A stretch of 60,000 bases of DNA from Lama guanicoe. Lineage: Eukaryota. The notes below the pieces were generated by a model. The model made no database searches. It saw nothing but the letters and a program-made list of their open reading frames with translations, and was not told the origin of the DNA. Location of the stretch: assembly GCA_013239625.1 (NCBI GenBank), contig MU053881.1, forward strand, positions 16,484,373 to 16,544,372, in the 5' to 3' direction. Both the position numbers and the translations under genes were made by a program. Positions 1-10,974 of the stretch are shown piece after piece (position 1 is the first letter of the stretch; each line of letters begins with the position of its first letter).

Positions 1-558
1 AAATTTTACCCCCTTTTTTTGTTGGTAAATAAAAACGAGCTCACACTGCCGTACCTCAGTGACAACTCACTGCTTTTCTCCTCCTGCACTGGTGGTAGCA
101 GCTCGTGGTTACAGAGCCGCCCTGGGCTCTTTCAGTGAATTCTCCCCCAGATCCTCCGAGGTAGGTCTTGTTTTCCCATTTTACAGATGAGAAAGTTAAG
201 GCTCCAGGGAGGTTGGAACTTGCTCAAAGCTGTACAGCAAGAAACAAATGCAGCTTGTGAGCGCGTCCTAGGACATGTGTTGTGGTGGGATTTTAACTGT
301 GCTGCAGTCCAGGGCCTGGCTGCCTTGTTTGCCCCCATTGTTAGGGATTCTAAACTGCCCTGCACTGAACATCACCAAATCTGGCTAGATTGAGATGCTC
401 TGTGGTGGTCAAGCCCAGGTTGACAGTGATGTGACCATCACCTGCCTGCCCTGGGTCCCGGGCCTGGCTGCCCGCGGCAGCACCCCAACCTCCTGGGCGC
501 CGCACAGGCATCTGTCCCTGTGCTGCTCCTGAGTGCCAGCTGCCCTTACCTCCGCCAG

Positions 559-669
559 GCAACCCTCATCAGTGAGTACTCCTCGGTGGTCCAGCCGGTG
601 CAGCTGGCTTTCCAGCAGCAGATCCAGACCCTCAAGACCCAGCACGAGGAGTTTGTCAACAGCCTGGCC

Positions 670-748
<79 letters not shown>

Positions 749-853
749 TCCAGATGCCACAAATGGAAGCCGAGGTCAAGGCCACGCCGCCGCCGCCTGC
801 CCCGCCCCCGGCCCCCACGCCTGCCCCGGCCATCCCGCCAACCTCCCAGCCTG
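559..853 (+). CDS. CHERP: CHERP internal coding exon (polyQ/Pro-rich); upstream exons lie before the window
   Basis: ccag|GCAACC...CCTG|gtacgc; encodes ATLISEYSSVVQPVQLAFQQQIQTLKTQHEEF...(Q)26 IQMPQMEAEVKATPPPPAPPP; phase fits next exon. Confidence 0.95.
670..747 (+). repeat. CHERP: Coding trinucleotide repeat (CAG)7 CAA (CAG)18 = 26 Gln
   Basis: Read directly from sequence, in frame within the exon. Confidence 0.97.
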
Positions 854-1149
854 GTACGCGGCTCCCTCAGCACCCGCCCTCGGGGGGCAGCCTCCAGACA
901 GCAGTCTTCTCCCCCAAGAAAGGCTCTGGTTCTGTAGTCTCAGGCCCAGGCCGAGGAGCACATTCTCATTTATTTACCAGCACCAGGCAAGTGATTTCAC
1001 AGGTAAACGTAATCCAACCCTTGTAACCGGGACAGTTCTTCTCCTGGACAAGACATCCTAGAGAATGGAGAGGAGAGCTATCCAAGTCATTTTTCGAGAC
1101 TAGGAAAACTCACCAGGTGGGCAGAGACAGGGAAAGAATTAAAAATGCA

Positions 1150-1410
1150 ACCCAGGATCACTTTTGAATAAAGAAGCAGAAATACTAAACAAAATCTTAA
1201 CAGGTGAAATCTAGCGAAATATTTAAAACATACATCATTCCTAAACAGGGTATGTCCCGGGAATACATAAGGATGATTTGATACTAGAAAATTTAACAAG
1301 GTAACCGATCAGGTGGGAAGAAATGATCTTTCAACTAGACGCAGAAACGGTATTTAATAAAACTCAGTGATACAATTCTTGAGCAAACTAAAATCCATAT
1401 GGCAAAACTA
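1150..1410 (+). mobile_element. Ancient L1 ORF2 fragment in a CHERP intron
   Basis: AT-rich island resembling L1 RT-region (aaatactaaacaaaatc...tcaactagacgcagaaacggtatttaataaaactca); boundaries approximate. Confidence 0.55.
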
Positions 1411-1642
1411 AAGATAGTTATTGTAAAGCTTTTGAAGAAGAGGGTATATGTCCTGAGCACAGTCAGTTCTCTCCTTTCTGCTGCCTTCCCTGAGGCACTG
1501 GCAGCTTTCAGTGGGGTCAGGAGTTAAGGGTTTACCTGGAAATAAAGCCAGCCTGGGTTGGCCCTGAGGGCTTGCAGATCATTTCAGGTGGCGCCCCCTG
1601 CTGCCGGGGGCCTTTTCTGACTGCCTTCCTGCCTGGCTCTAG

Positions 1643-1818
1643 ATGACAGCAAGCCTCCCATCCAGATACCTGGCTCTTCTGAGTACGACGCCTCAGGAGG
1701 GGTCCAGGACCCTGCTGCCACCGGGCCCCGGGGCCCTGGGCCCCACGACCAGATCCCACCCAACAAGCCCCCATGGTTTGACCAGCCTCACCCTGTTGCT
1801 CCTTGGGGCCAACAGCAG
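1643..1818 (+). CDS. CHERP: CHERP coding exon
   Basis: ctag|AT GAC AGC...CAG CAG|gtaact; (D)DSKPPIQIPGSSEYDASGGVQDP...PWGQQQ. Confidence 0.95.
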
Positions 1819-3548
1819 GTAACTCTTAAAACTTGTTGCGGGGGTAGCTGGCTGGGGCGCACCTGGGCCTAACTGGATGGCATGCCAGTGGGTGGTGGCC
1901 TCTGCGGGCCAATAGGCTTTTAGCCGCTCCCTGGGAAATGAGATTCCGCAGCGGGATCTGGTGTTGGAGGTGCTGGTGGCAAGAATGTGGTAGTCTTCCT
2001 GAGGTATGAGGACCCTGCCAGGGAAGACAGGCCTTTTATATCCTTCTCTGGGCGTCTCAGTGATACTGGTCCCCGTCTTCCTGTGAGTGCTGAGAAATTT
2101 CACACTGTTAAGTACAGCAAGGAGATTTGTTTCTTTCTCTTTTTCATCTGGTTCGACCAGCAGAGTGTCCACATCTCGTCTCCCTAGAAAGAACATGGTG
2201 CTTCTGTAAGGAAAGGGAGAGTCGGGAATATCAGGCTGGCAGTGTCTTCTGGGCTGGGATCCTGGTCCCTGTCTCCTGGTTCCTTGGGGTTGGAAATGTC
2301 TAGGCTGAGGCAGTAGTCATTTCACCCCACATAGCATGACTGGAAAATACCCCTCAGCTTGCTCTTTGGCCACTAGGCCTGGTGAGAGCGTTCAGGCTCA
2401 GCCCCAGGTGTCCACTTGCCCCAGGACCGGGTGTGGTGGGCGAGGCCCTCCCTGGTAGAGGTCGTGAGGATGGAAGGGAGACAGCTCTGGACTGACAAGT
2501 GGCTGGGTCCCTCCAGCCCACCCTCAGCTTCAGGACAAGAGATGTAACTTCACAAAAGATGGGGCATCCCCAAAGACAGCTCCCTCCCCTGAGTGCCTGC
2601 TGTGAGCCCTCTGATGTGGGAGCAGTTCTCATCCCCACTTTGTGGGTGTGGGAACAGATGCCCTGATGTCTCCTGGCGCTGTTTTCATGGACTGGCAAGT
2701 TAGGCTCGCAACAGTGAGGCCCCTTACTGAGGGCCAGCAGTGCTCCCAAAGTCCCCAGTCAGAAACCACGAACTGGCCTGCCCACGTGGGCTCTTACACA
2801 TTTTGATACAGTTGGCAGACATAAAGTCTGACTTTCTGGCTTCTCATGAAAGTCCTGAGTGTGTGGTGGCCTGGGCCAGCCTCCCTGTCCTTGAAGTCAT
2901 TGGAGCCAACCGGCCCTGACCCTAGAGGTGGGCCCTCTGGGCACCTCACCCAGGCACAGGCCACTCTGGCCCTGAGTTTGGGTTGCCATCCTGGCTTTGT
3001 AAGTCTTCAAAGCAGTGGCTGAGTAAGATGCAGAGCTTCCTGTCTTCAGCTTCCGGAAAAATGTTTCCTGGTAATGGTACAGACTCTGAACCAAGGATTT
3101 GAGAGGGCAGGTGACTCCAGGAGGCAGCGTAGGGGAGAGAAGTGACAGGGAAGGGATGTCGTCAGGGTGAGGGTCTCCTTGACTCAGTCTCTGCGCCCTG
3201 GAAGCAGTGGGGGTGCATCCCTGCACTGCCACCCGGAGGGGCTCAGGGGCTGCTGCTTGTCCACCTGCTCCTGTCAGGCACAGGGTTGGGGATGTCCCCA
3301 GCCCAGATGTGGCTGCACTTTTTGAGAGTCTGGGCCCAGGGTGCGGGCGAGTGGGCACCACAGCATCCTCTGCACAAGTCAGAGATAAGGAGGCGGTGCC
3401 CGGCTGGGCTGTAGGCCTGCAGCCCCAGGCAGTGCTGGGGTTCAGGCCAGGCCGCCTCCATGGTCGGAGAGCAACACCGGCAAATGTGTGCTGAGTGCCC
3501 CGCGTGCCTGGTGCGGGCCAGGCCTCACGTCTGCTCATTGCCTTGCAG

Positions 3549-3984
3549 CCTCCCGAGCAGCCCCCGTACCCGCACCACCAGGGCGGGCCGCCCCACTGCC
3601 CACCCTGGAACAACAGCCACGAGGGCATGTGGGGCGAGCAGCGCGGGGACCCCGGCTGGAACGGCCAGCGCGACGCGCCCTGGAACAGCCAGCCCGACCC
3701 CAACTGGAACAGCCAGTTCGAGGGCCCCTGGAACAGCCAGCACGAGCAGCCACCCTGGGGCGCGGGCCAGCGCGAGCCGCCCTTCCGCATGCAGCGGCCG
3801 CCGCCCTTCCGTGGGCCCTTCCCACCCCACCAGCAGCACCCGCAGTTCAACCAGCCGCCGCACCCGCACAACTTCAACCGCTTCCCACCCCGCTTCATGC
3901 AGGACGACTTCCCCCCGCGGCACCCCTTCGAGCGGCCGCCCTACCCGCACCGCTTCGACTACCCCCAGGGGGACTTCCCTGCTG
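3549..3984 (+). CDS. CHERP: CHERP coding exon (Pro/His/Trp-Asn low-complexity region)
   Basis: gcag|CCT CCC GAG...GCT G|gtgagc; PPEQPPYPHHQGGPPHCPPWNNSHEG...DYPQGDFPA. Confidence 0.95.
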
Positions 3985-4579
3985 GTGAGCGAACGCCTCC
4001 CCCTGCCCCGCGGTCCCTGCAAAGGTCAGGTCACTTGCTGGCAGGGCCTGGAGGGGTGCCCAGCCGATCGGCCTCCTGAGCAGGCTGTCGGCGCTGCTCG
4101 AGGTCCTGCCATGTGGCCCAGTGTGCCCTGAGCCAGGGTGACAGGCTGAGGGCCGTAGGGTGACGGAGAAGCCCAGCCCGCGCCCTCAGGATAGGAGCAG
4201 GGAGATGAGGTCAGTCTGGCTGTGGAGGCGTGAAGCCCCGTTTGCGCTTTTCACTCACCGCAGGGATAGGGTGCTGTCTGTCCTGCAGAAGGGGAGACGG
4301 TGGGGTGCTGGCGGAAAAGGAAGCCCCCAGCGCCCATGGTGGGCAGACGGGCGGTGAGCGGGTGCTGAGTCCAGGCCTGCCCGCGCTTGTGGTGCTGTTC
4401 CCTGTTCCTCGTCTCTATTTTCATCGTTTTTCTATTGGCTTTTTCAAAGAATCTTTAGTTTTGTCGGGTTTTTTTGTTTTTGTGTTAAAAATTGCATTTC
4501 TTTTCTGTTACTGATTGTATCTTCATTTTCTGATCCATCTTGACTGTAAATTGAGCTCGGAGACTAGCAGTAGGTTTAC

Positions 4580-4958
4580 TGCTGTGTGAATGTCCCAGGG
4601 CTGCTGTCACAGAGCCCACAGACTGGGCGGCTCCAACAGCAGGAGGCTCTTCTCTCGCTGTTAGTTCTACAGGGTGAGGCCCGAGATAGGGTGTCAGCAG
4701 GCTTGGTTTCTCCTGGGGCCTCTCTCCTTGGCTTGTAGACAGCCGTCCTCTCTCTCTGTCTCCAGGCAGTCTTCCCTGTGTGTGTGTAAGTCTCTCTTCT
4801 CTCCATACACCAGGCAATATTGGCTCAGGGCCTCTCGTCAAGCCTCACTTCGAGTAGTAACCTCTTTAAAGGCCTCGTTTCCAAATGCGGTCACCTTCTG
4901 AAGTACTGGGGTCAGGACTGGGGGTGGATTTGCAGGGGACACAGTTCCGCTCATCACA
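4580..4958 (-). mobile_element. MLT1-type MaLR LTR
   Basis: Characteristic ...ggtgtcagcaggcttggtttctcctg...ggcctcgtttccaaatgcggtcaccttctgaagtactggggtcaggact... Confidence 0.7.
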
Positions 4959-5259
4959 CTGTTTGGTCATATGATTTCCCTTGTGGTTCCTTCCTTCACC
5001 CGTCAGGTCTGTCAGGTGCTGCGGTGGGTGCAGGACAGGCCACTCCGAGCCCCGGCCCCCCGCCCCCTCCTCGCTGCATCTCCCCGAGCAGTGAGTGAAG
5101 CAGTTGGAGGGAAGGTGCTGGGCAGGGGGCCCAGGATGTGGGTGTGGGCGTCCTTGCCCGCCTCTGAGCCCCTTTCCGTTGGCGCGTGTACGACTGGGCA
5201 TTCAGTGCCGCCCAGCTGATGGCTTCCCAGCAGGCCTGAGACGAGTTTCTGTTTTACAG

Positions 5260-5498
5260 AGATGGGCCCTCCTCACCACCACCCCGGCCACCGCATGCCT
5301 CATCCCGGGATCAATGAGCACCCGCCTTGGGGAGGGCCCCAGCACCCCGACTTCGGCCCTCCTCCCCATGGCTTCAACGGGCAGCCCCCTCACATGCGAC
5401 GACAGGGCCCTCCCCACATCAACCATGATGACCCCAGCCTGGTCCCCAACGTGCCCTACTTCGATCTCCCTGCCGGGCTGATGGCCCCCCTTGTGAAG
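5260..5498 (+). CDS. CHERP: CHERP coding exon
   Basis: acag|AG ATG GGC...GTG AAG|gtaatg; EMGPPHHHPGHRM...VPYFDLPAGLMAPLVK. Confidence 0.95.
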
Positions 5499-6424
5499 GT
5501 AATGTCGCCAAGTTGAGCGCCAGGCTCCTCCACGCATGCTCGTGTTGAGTGCTGTCTCCACATGAAGAGTTCACAGGTGGAACCTGTTTCCCACTTGGCT
5601 ACAAAATGCAGCTTCCCAGGGCCCCTTCCCCTCTTGTTTCCGGTGCCCCAGTGAACTTGAGCAGCTGATGAGGATGTGACACCACCTTGCCGGCTCACTT
5701 GGGGCTGTGAGCAAGGCCTCTGTCCCCTGTGCTCCCTCCCAGCCTCCCTCCCAGGGTTGCAAATGGGGTTGCCGCTCAGAGTGGGCTGGGCATGAGGTGC
5801 GGGTCGTCTTGGTCCCCACTCTTGGAAGTCACCTTGTCCAGGGGCTGGTGACAGGGATTTCTCAGCAAAGGCGCGGCCTCTGTTGGAGGAGCAAGGTGAG
5901 CAAGGAGGAGTCGGTGTGGGAAGGGGTCGGGGCTCCTTATTGGTCACTGTGCTCCCTGCCCCCGAGACACTAGCAGACTGGAGGTGGAGGATGGTCGCAC
6001 CAGGTGGCGTGGAGAGCCAGGGGTGGAAGGGCAGACAGTGGGACCCCTGAGGTGGGAGTCTGGGCACAGGGTGGCGGTCGGCCAGGGAGGGCATTTGGGG
6101 TCCACTGTGTGTGTGAATAAACAGAAGGGTCTTTCCTTCACCCAAGCTTGGAGGCCACGTCTGTGTGCATTTATGTACAGAGAGAACTCTGTGCTTTTGT
6201 TAGCCTTGATGGAGCCCTCAACCACACCATTTAGGACAAAGTCATTGGTGTGGCAAACTCTACAAGAGAGTGGGGTTTCCAGGAGGGGCTGGATGAGGCC
6301 CTCTGATTCCCAGGGCTGCTATCTCCCACCTCCGGCTCCCCTGGTCCCCTAGCCCCTACAGCTCCCTGGGTGGGGCTGAGGTGGCTCTGGCAGGGTGCGG
6401 TGACGGCCGTGTTCTCTGCTGCAG

Positions 6425-6558
6425 CTGGAAGACCATGAGTACAAGCCTTTGGATCCGAAAGACATCCGCCTCCCACCCCCAATGCCACCCAGCGAGCGGC
6501 TGCTGGCTGCTGTGGAGGCCTTTTACAGCCCTCCGTCCCACGACAGGCCCAGGAACAG
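6425..6558 (+). CDS. CHERP: CHERP coding exon
   Basis: gcag|CTG GAA GAC...AAC AG|gtacgg; LEDHEYKPLDPKDIRLPPPMPPSERLLAAVEAFYSPPSHDRPRN. Confidence 0.95.
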
Positions 6559-7290
6559 GTACGGGGCTCCAGGAAACCAGGCGACAGGCAATGGGAGGAG
6601 TGGCCTCTGTCCCCTCTCCTGGCTTGTCTTCCCCGTGTTTGCTTCAAGACAGACTCCTAACAATCATGCCTTCTTCTAGGGTGGTGTCAGGCCCAGGTGA
6701 GGCACTGTTGCGGTCAGGGAACCCATTTCTCCGCCAGCTTGTGTGATGTGTCACACCTATAGTGGCCCTCAATAAAGGGCTTCTCTGATTGAGACATTAG
6801 TACAAGAACTTGTCTCAGGTGTGGCACGTTCGGAGGCCACCAGTTGCTTCATACTAATTAGGCTGTGTCACAGATCCCTCTCCTGGTCCCCTCCCCCAGC
6901 AGCCTCATCGCTTCAGCTAAAATCGGTTCCTGCCTTGTGTCAGGCCACAGGCCTGTCTGCATACAAAACAGAGCTGCTTGTCCCCAGTTACAATGACCCT
7001 CAGACCCTCCTCAGCTGTTGGAGAAATACCAGTGTGGCAAGGCGTGGAGCTGGGCATGCATCCCAGCCTCTGCACCTCCCAGCGGGCGGCCTGGCCTCCG
7101 TGCCCAGTTCCTCCAAGGAAGGGCAGTCCTGTTGAAACGAGTGCTCGAGTGCTTCCTGTGCTGGGCCCCTGCTCTGTCCTGAGTGAATGCGGAAAGGCTT
7201 GTTGGGTGGGGATTATTCCTGCTGACTTTCACAAGTTCCCTGGGGGAGGAGAGCCACCCTGGTCACACAGGGAACACCCCTGTCTTGCAG

Positions 7291-7377
7291 CGAAGGCTGG
7301 GAGCAGAATGGCCTCTATGAGTTCTTCCGAGCAAAAATGCGGGCCCGGCGGAGGAAAGGCCAGGAGAAGAGGAACAG
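7291..7377 (+). CDS. CHERP: CHERP coding exon
   Basis: gcag|C GAA GGC TGG...AAC AG|gtgaga; SEGWEQNGLYEFFRAKMRARRRKGQEKRN. Confidence 0.95.
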
Positions 7378-7771
7378 GTGAGAGCACTTGTCCACCCCCC
7401 TCCCCGCCAGAGGTCAGGCCTCCAGGGCAGGTGCCACCACAGGGCAGCTTGGAGCCAGCCCTGCCTTTGCTGACGCCCCACTTGGGCAGAGGAAGGTCAT
7501 TTTTGGCTTCTGCCTGGGTCTTGGGTCCAGTGCCCACAGTAAAGGTGCTGGGAGTCGCTGGCAGCTATTTCCCACGAGGCCCAACTTGAAACTCCACGAG
7601 GAGAGAGAAGTGGGCTGTGGTCTGTATTTAACCCTGATGTGAACCAGTGTGTCTGCATCTGCTCTGGGCACATCTGGGGTCTTCTAGAAACTGGGGGTCG
7701 GGCAGGCTGGGCACAGCCTGTGGAGGGGCCAGGAGCTGCCGGACCCTGGCTCACCAGGCCTCTCCCTGCAG

Positions 7772-7915
7772 TGGACCCTCGAGGTCGCGGAGCAGATCCA
7801 AGAGCCGAGGGCGCTCCTCCTCCCGCTCCAACTCAAGGTCCTCGAAGTCCTCCGGCTCATACTCAAGGTCAAGGTCTCGTTCCTGCTCCCGTTCCTACTC
7901 CCGCTCCCGATCCAG
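7772..7915 (+). CDS. CHERP: CHERP coding exon, RS domain
   Basis: gcag|T GGA CCC...TCC AG|gtaggc; SGPSRSRSRSKSRGRSSSRSNSRSSKSSGSYSRSRS... Confidence 0.95.
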
Positions 7916-8011
7916 GTAGGCTGGGCACCGCCTCATGGGGTGCGAGTCCTGAGGCTTTTCGGCTCCAGTGGCGGCCGTGCTGACCCACCCCGCTCTCCCC
8001 TGGCCCCACAG

Positions 8012-8128
8012 GAGCCGCAGCCGATCTCGCTCCTCACGAAGCCGCTCCCGTTCCCGCTCCCGCTCCCGCTCCAAGTCCTATTCCCCCGGAAGGAGACGTC
8101 GGTCCCGGTCCAGGAGCCCCACCCCGCC
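8012..8128 (+). CDS. CHERP: CHERP coding exon, RS domain
   Basis: acag|G AGC CGC...CCG CC|gtaaga; RSRSRSRSSRSRSRSRSRSRSKSYSPGRRRRSRSRSPTP. Confidence 0.95.
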
Positions 8129-8606
8129 GTAAGATTTCTGTCTTAACTGTCGAATGACCTCTGGTAGCGCCGGCGCCCTTTGATGCTTTGCTGTGAATGT
8201 TGAAACGTGTCGTTAGAAGATGTGCTGGCGTGGTCCATGCCGGGGCGGCGCCGCGAGCACTAGCACAGTGACAGCAGCGCCTCGTCTCACACCTCGCTCT
8301 CACCTTTCTACAGTCTGTTGTAAAGCCCGGGGCCGTGGCTGGGCTCTGTGTTTTCTAATCATTTTATGGGTTCGGTGTGACCTGCTCCAGCTGCTGAGCG
8401 TGGGGCAGGGCCATCATCTTAGGGAGCCCCCTTATCTGGCTGGCGAAGAGGATAAAGAAGAATGCTAGAGACACGAAACGTGTGTGTGTGTGTCCATCTT
8501 GCGCTGGTGACGGTTCATATAAGCTACCTGCTGTAATACTCTTAAGTTTTCATTCCAATAAATGTATCCGCTCTTTTTTAAAAGACGTAACCTGTCTTAA
8601 TTTTAG

Positions 8607-8701
8607 TTCCTCGGCTGGTCTGGGTTCTAATTCAGCACCTCCTATACCTGACTCAAGGCTTGGGGAAGAGAACAAAGGACATCAGATGCTGGTGAAAATG
8701 G
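8607..8701 (+). CDS. CHERP: CHERP penultimate exon, start of G-patch
   Basis: ttag|T TCC TCG...ATG G|gtaagg; SSAGLGSNSAPPIPDSRLGEENKGHQMLVKM. Confidence 0.95.
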
Positions 8702-8978
8702 GTAAGGTTCCTGGGAAGACAACCCACCCACTCTGGGTGTTTGGGGAGAGGGGGTGATGGAGTCTGAGAAAGTTCCGACTCACGGTCAGAACTTGTAGAA
8801 AGGGCAAGCCTGCAGGGGTTTGACCAGGCATTCTCTCTCTCCATCAGTTTCACATTCATAAACTGCATGACTGCATGTTCGACTCCCAAACGCATTCCTG
8901 TTTAACTTCCCCTTGGTAAATTCACCACGATTTCCGCTTCCTTGATGGGTTGTAACCACTCCTCTCTCTCTCCCTAAG

Positions 8979-9172
8979 GCTGGAGTGGATCTGGCGGCCT
9001 CGGCGTGAAAGAGCAAGGGATCCAGGACCCCATCAAGGGGGGTGATGTCCGGGATAAGTGGGACCAGTACAAGGGCGTGGGCGTGGCCCTGGACGACCCC
9101 TACGAGAACTACCGCAGGAACAAGAGCTACTCCTTCATCGCCCGCATGAAGGCCAGGGACGAGTGCAAGTAG
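8979..9172 (+). CDS. CHERP: CHERP last coding exon, G-patch to stop
   Basis: taag|GC TGG AGT...TGC AAG TAG; GWSGSGGLGVKEQGIQDPIKGGDVRDKWDQYKGVGVALDDPYENYRRNKSYSFIARMKARDECK*. Confidence 0.95.
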
Positions 9173-10428
9173 GCGCGCCTCGGGCAGGAGCCGCGCCAGG
9201 GGCCGGCCACGCGGGCCGGCGGAACCTTCCCGGCTTACTGGCAGTGGAAGATGGTAGGGACATCTCGGTTCTCACACAGTGCTCCACCTTGGGGAGCGAT
9301 AGGAGAGAAGGAAGACTGCAGCAGGCGTGACCAGTGCTTGACGGCGTGGAAGGCCCAGGCCCCACCCGCAAACCAGCTCTAATGTAGAAGCAAGATTCAC
9401 GAGGAGGTGTCCGGCCAACGCAGCCACGAGCTCATTTCCCTTGACAGTGAAGAGAGAAACACAAGACTCCCAGAGAAGGATGCCTGGCACCTGAAGGAAT
9501 GGCTGCCTCGCCATCTCCCCTCAGATCTGAGCCTCTTAAACCAGTGCGAGTGTGCCGAGGGGCCCTGGGCGAGCACGCCAGCCCGCTGGGGACTGGGTGC
9601 CGAGGGGCCAGCCCTCCCACTCTCTCCCATGGGTTGTGTGTGAGAAGGCTCAGGCCAGGCGCTGGTAACTGCTCACTCTTTAAAAGTGGAAAAAAAAAAA
9701 AGTTTTGATTTGCAAAGTTAAACAGGGTTTTCATTTTTATTCCAAATGGTTTAGTTTTAGAAAAAAGAATACTGATCTAGGCTGATTCCCAGTGAGATAA
9801 TTTGAAGCCTGACTCCTCTGAGACATACTGGCCACCAGTTCAGTTATTTTAGCTGTGTGAGTTTTTTTGTTTTGTTTTGTTTGAATGTTCGCCATTTGCT
9901 GTTACCTGCAGAAACAAAAGGTTCTAAGGAAGCTGACCTGAGGCATCTTCAGATCATGGAACGACACCGCCCTCGGAGGATCTGTGCCCTTAGCGTCTCT
10001 ACTTGCGTTTTTCACTTAGAGGAACCCCCACACCAGCACTCATATGCGACGGCCCATTCGCATCCAGGGTGTGGAGAGTGACCACTGGCCCCGCCTCCTG
10101 CTCTGTCACTTTGCCTGTCCCCACCCACCCCTAAAGGGAGGGGAGGCGGAGGGAGCCTTCTCTGCCGGGAGCCCGGGGTAACCGCCGGGATTGGCCACAC
10201 TTGGCTGGCAGCTTGGTGCGGTGCCATTTGTTTGTACAGAAACATTTTTGAAAAATTCTTTTCAATAAGACACAAAGTCCTCTCCAACTTTTCAACCTGA
10301 TGTGATAAAATACTTGATTTTGTTCTAGGTTTCCTGTAGCTGTGAATTGTTCAAACGTGTCTGATTCAGGATCAAATGTAAACATACGTTGTTAACAATT
10401 TCTTGTGGATTTTACTGTTTTGCCTTCA

Positions 10429-10434
10429 AATAAA
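10429..10434 (+). terminator. CHERP: CHERP polyadenylation signal
   Basis: AATAAA about 1.25 kb after stop, at end of U-rich 3'UTR, followed by U/GU-rich downstream sequence. Confidence 0.8.
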
Positions 10435-10974
10435 GACTTTTTTTAAAGATCTTTTTCTCTGTGCGTTTAAGTCAGAAGCGCGCTCAGACTGAGCAGGGAG
10501 GTGGTGCGTCCTCAGCACAGACTTTGAGTTGCAGAGTCAGGTCAGCTCTGCCCTGGTGTCTCACACGGGAGTCCCCAGCGTGGACGCCTGGCCCTGTCTC
10601 CTCATTAGTAGCCGGACTGCTCACCCCTGCCATCTGCCCCCGCGCATGAGAAGGCCAGCACCTGGCCATGTGGCGCCGCTCCACAAGGTCCGACATCCTC
10701 TGTCCTGCCGTGGGTGGTGGCTTCTCCACCCAGGGTTCCATTTACAGCGGCCTGTGGTGCGTCCTCTCGGGTGTCCGGCACGCTGCAGAAATGGGGGCTG
10801 GGAGGACTCAACTATCAGCTGGAAAAGGCTGGAGCTGGGATCCCACTCAGGTGAGTCCTGGGTGCCAGCTGCCCCCCCTCCCCCACTGACTGTCCCCGGG
10901 AAGCACGTGTGAGCATGGCAGCCAGGGTTCTGGGCCAGCTCCTCAGACCCACAAGTCATCTCACCTCCTGGCGT

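Noticed and set aside
409..937. PolyL, polyC and polyS ORFs around the CAG tract
   Set aside because: Shadow frames of the CHERP polyQ repeat; no independent evidence of coding
2897..4131. 333-aa minus-strand ORF and other overlapping long ORFs
   Set aside because: Antisense or alternative frames of a GC-rich CHERP exon where stops are rare; no recognisable domain
10845..10856. Consensus plus-strand donor CAG|GTGAGT downstream of the CHERP PAS
   Set aside because: No associated upstream acceptor or ORF; probably chance
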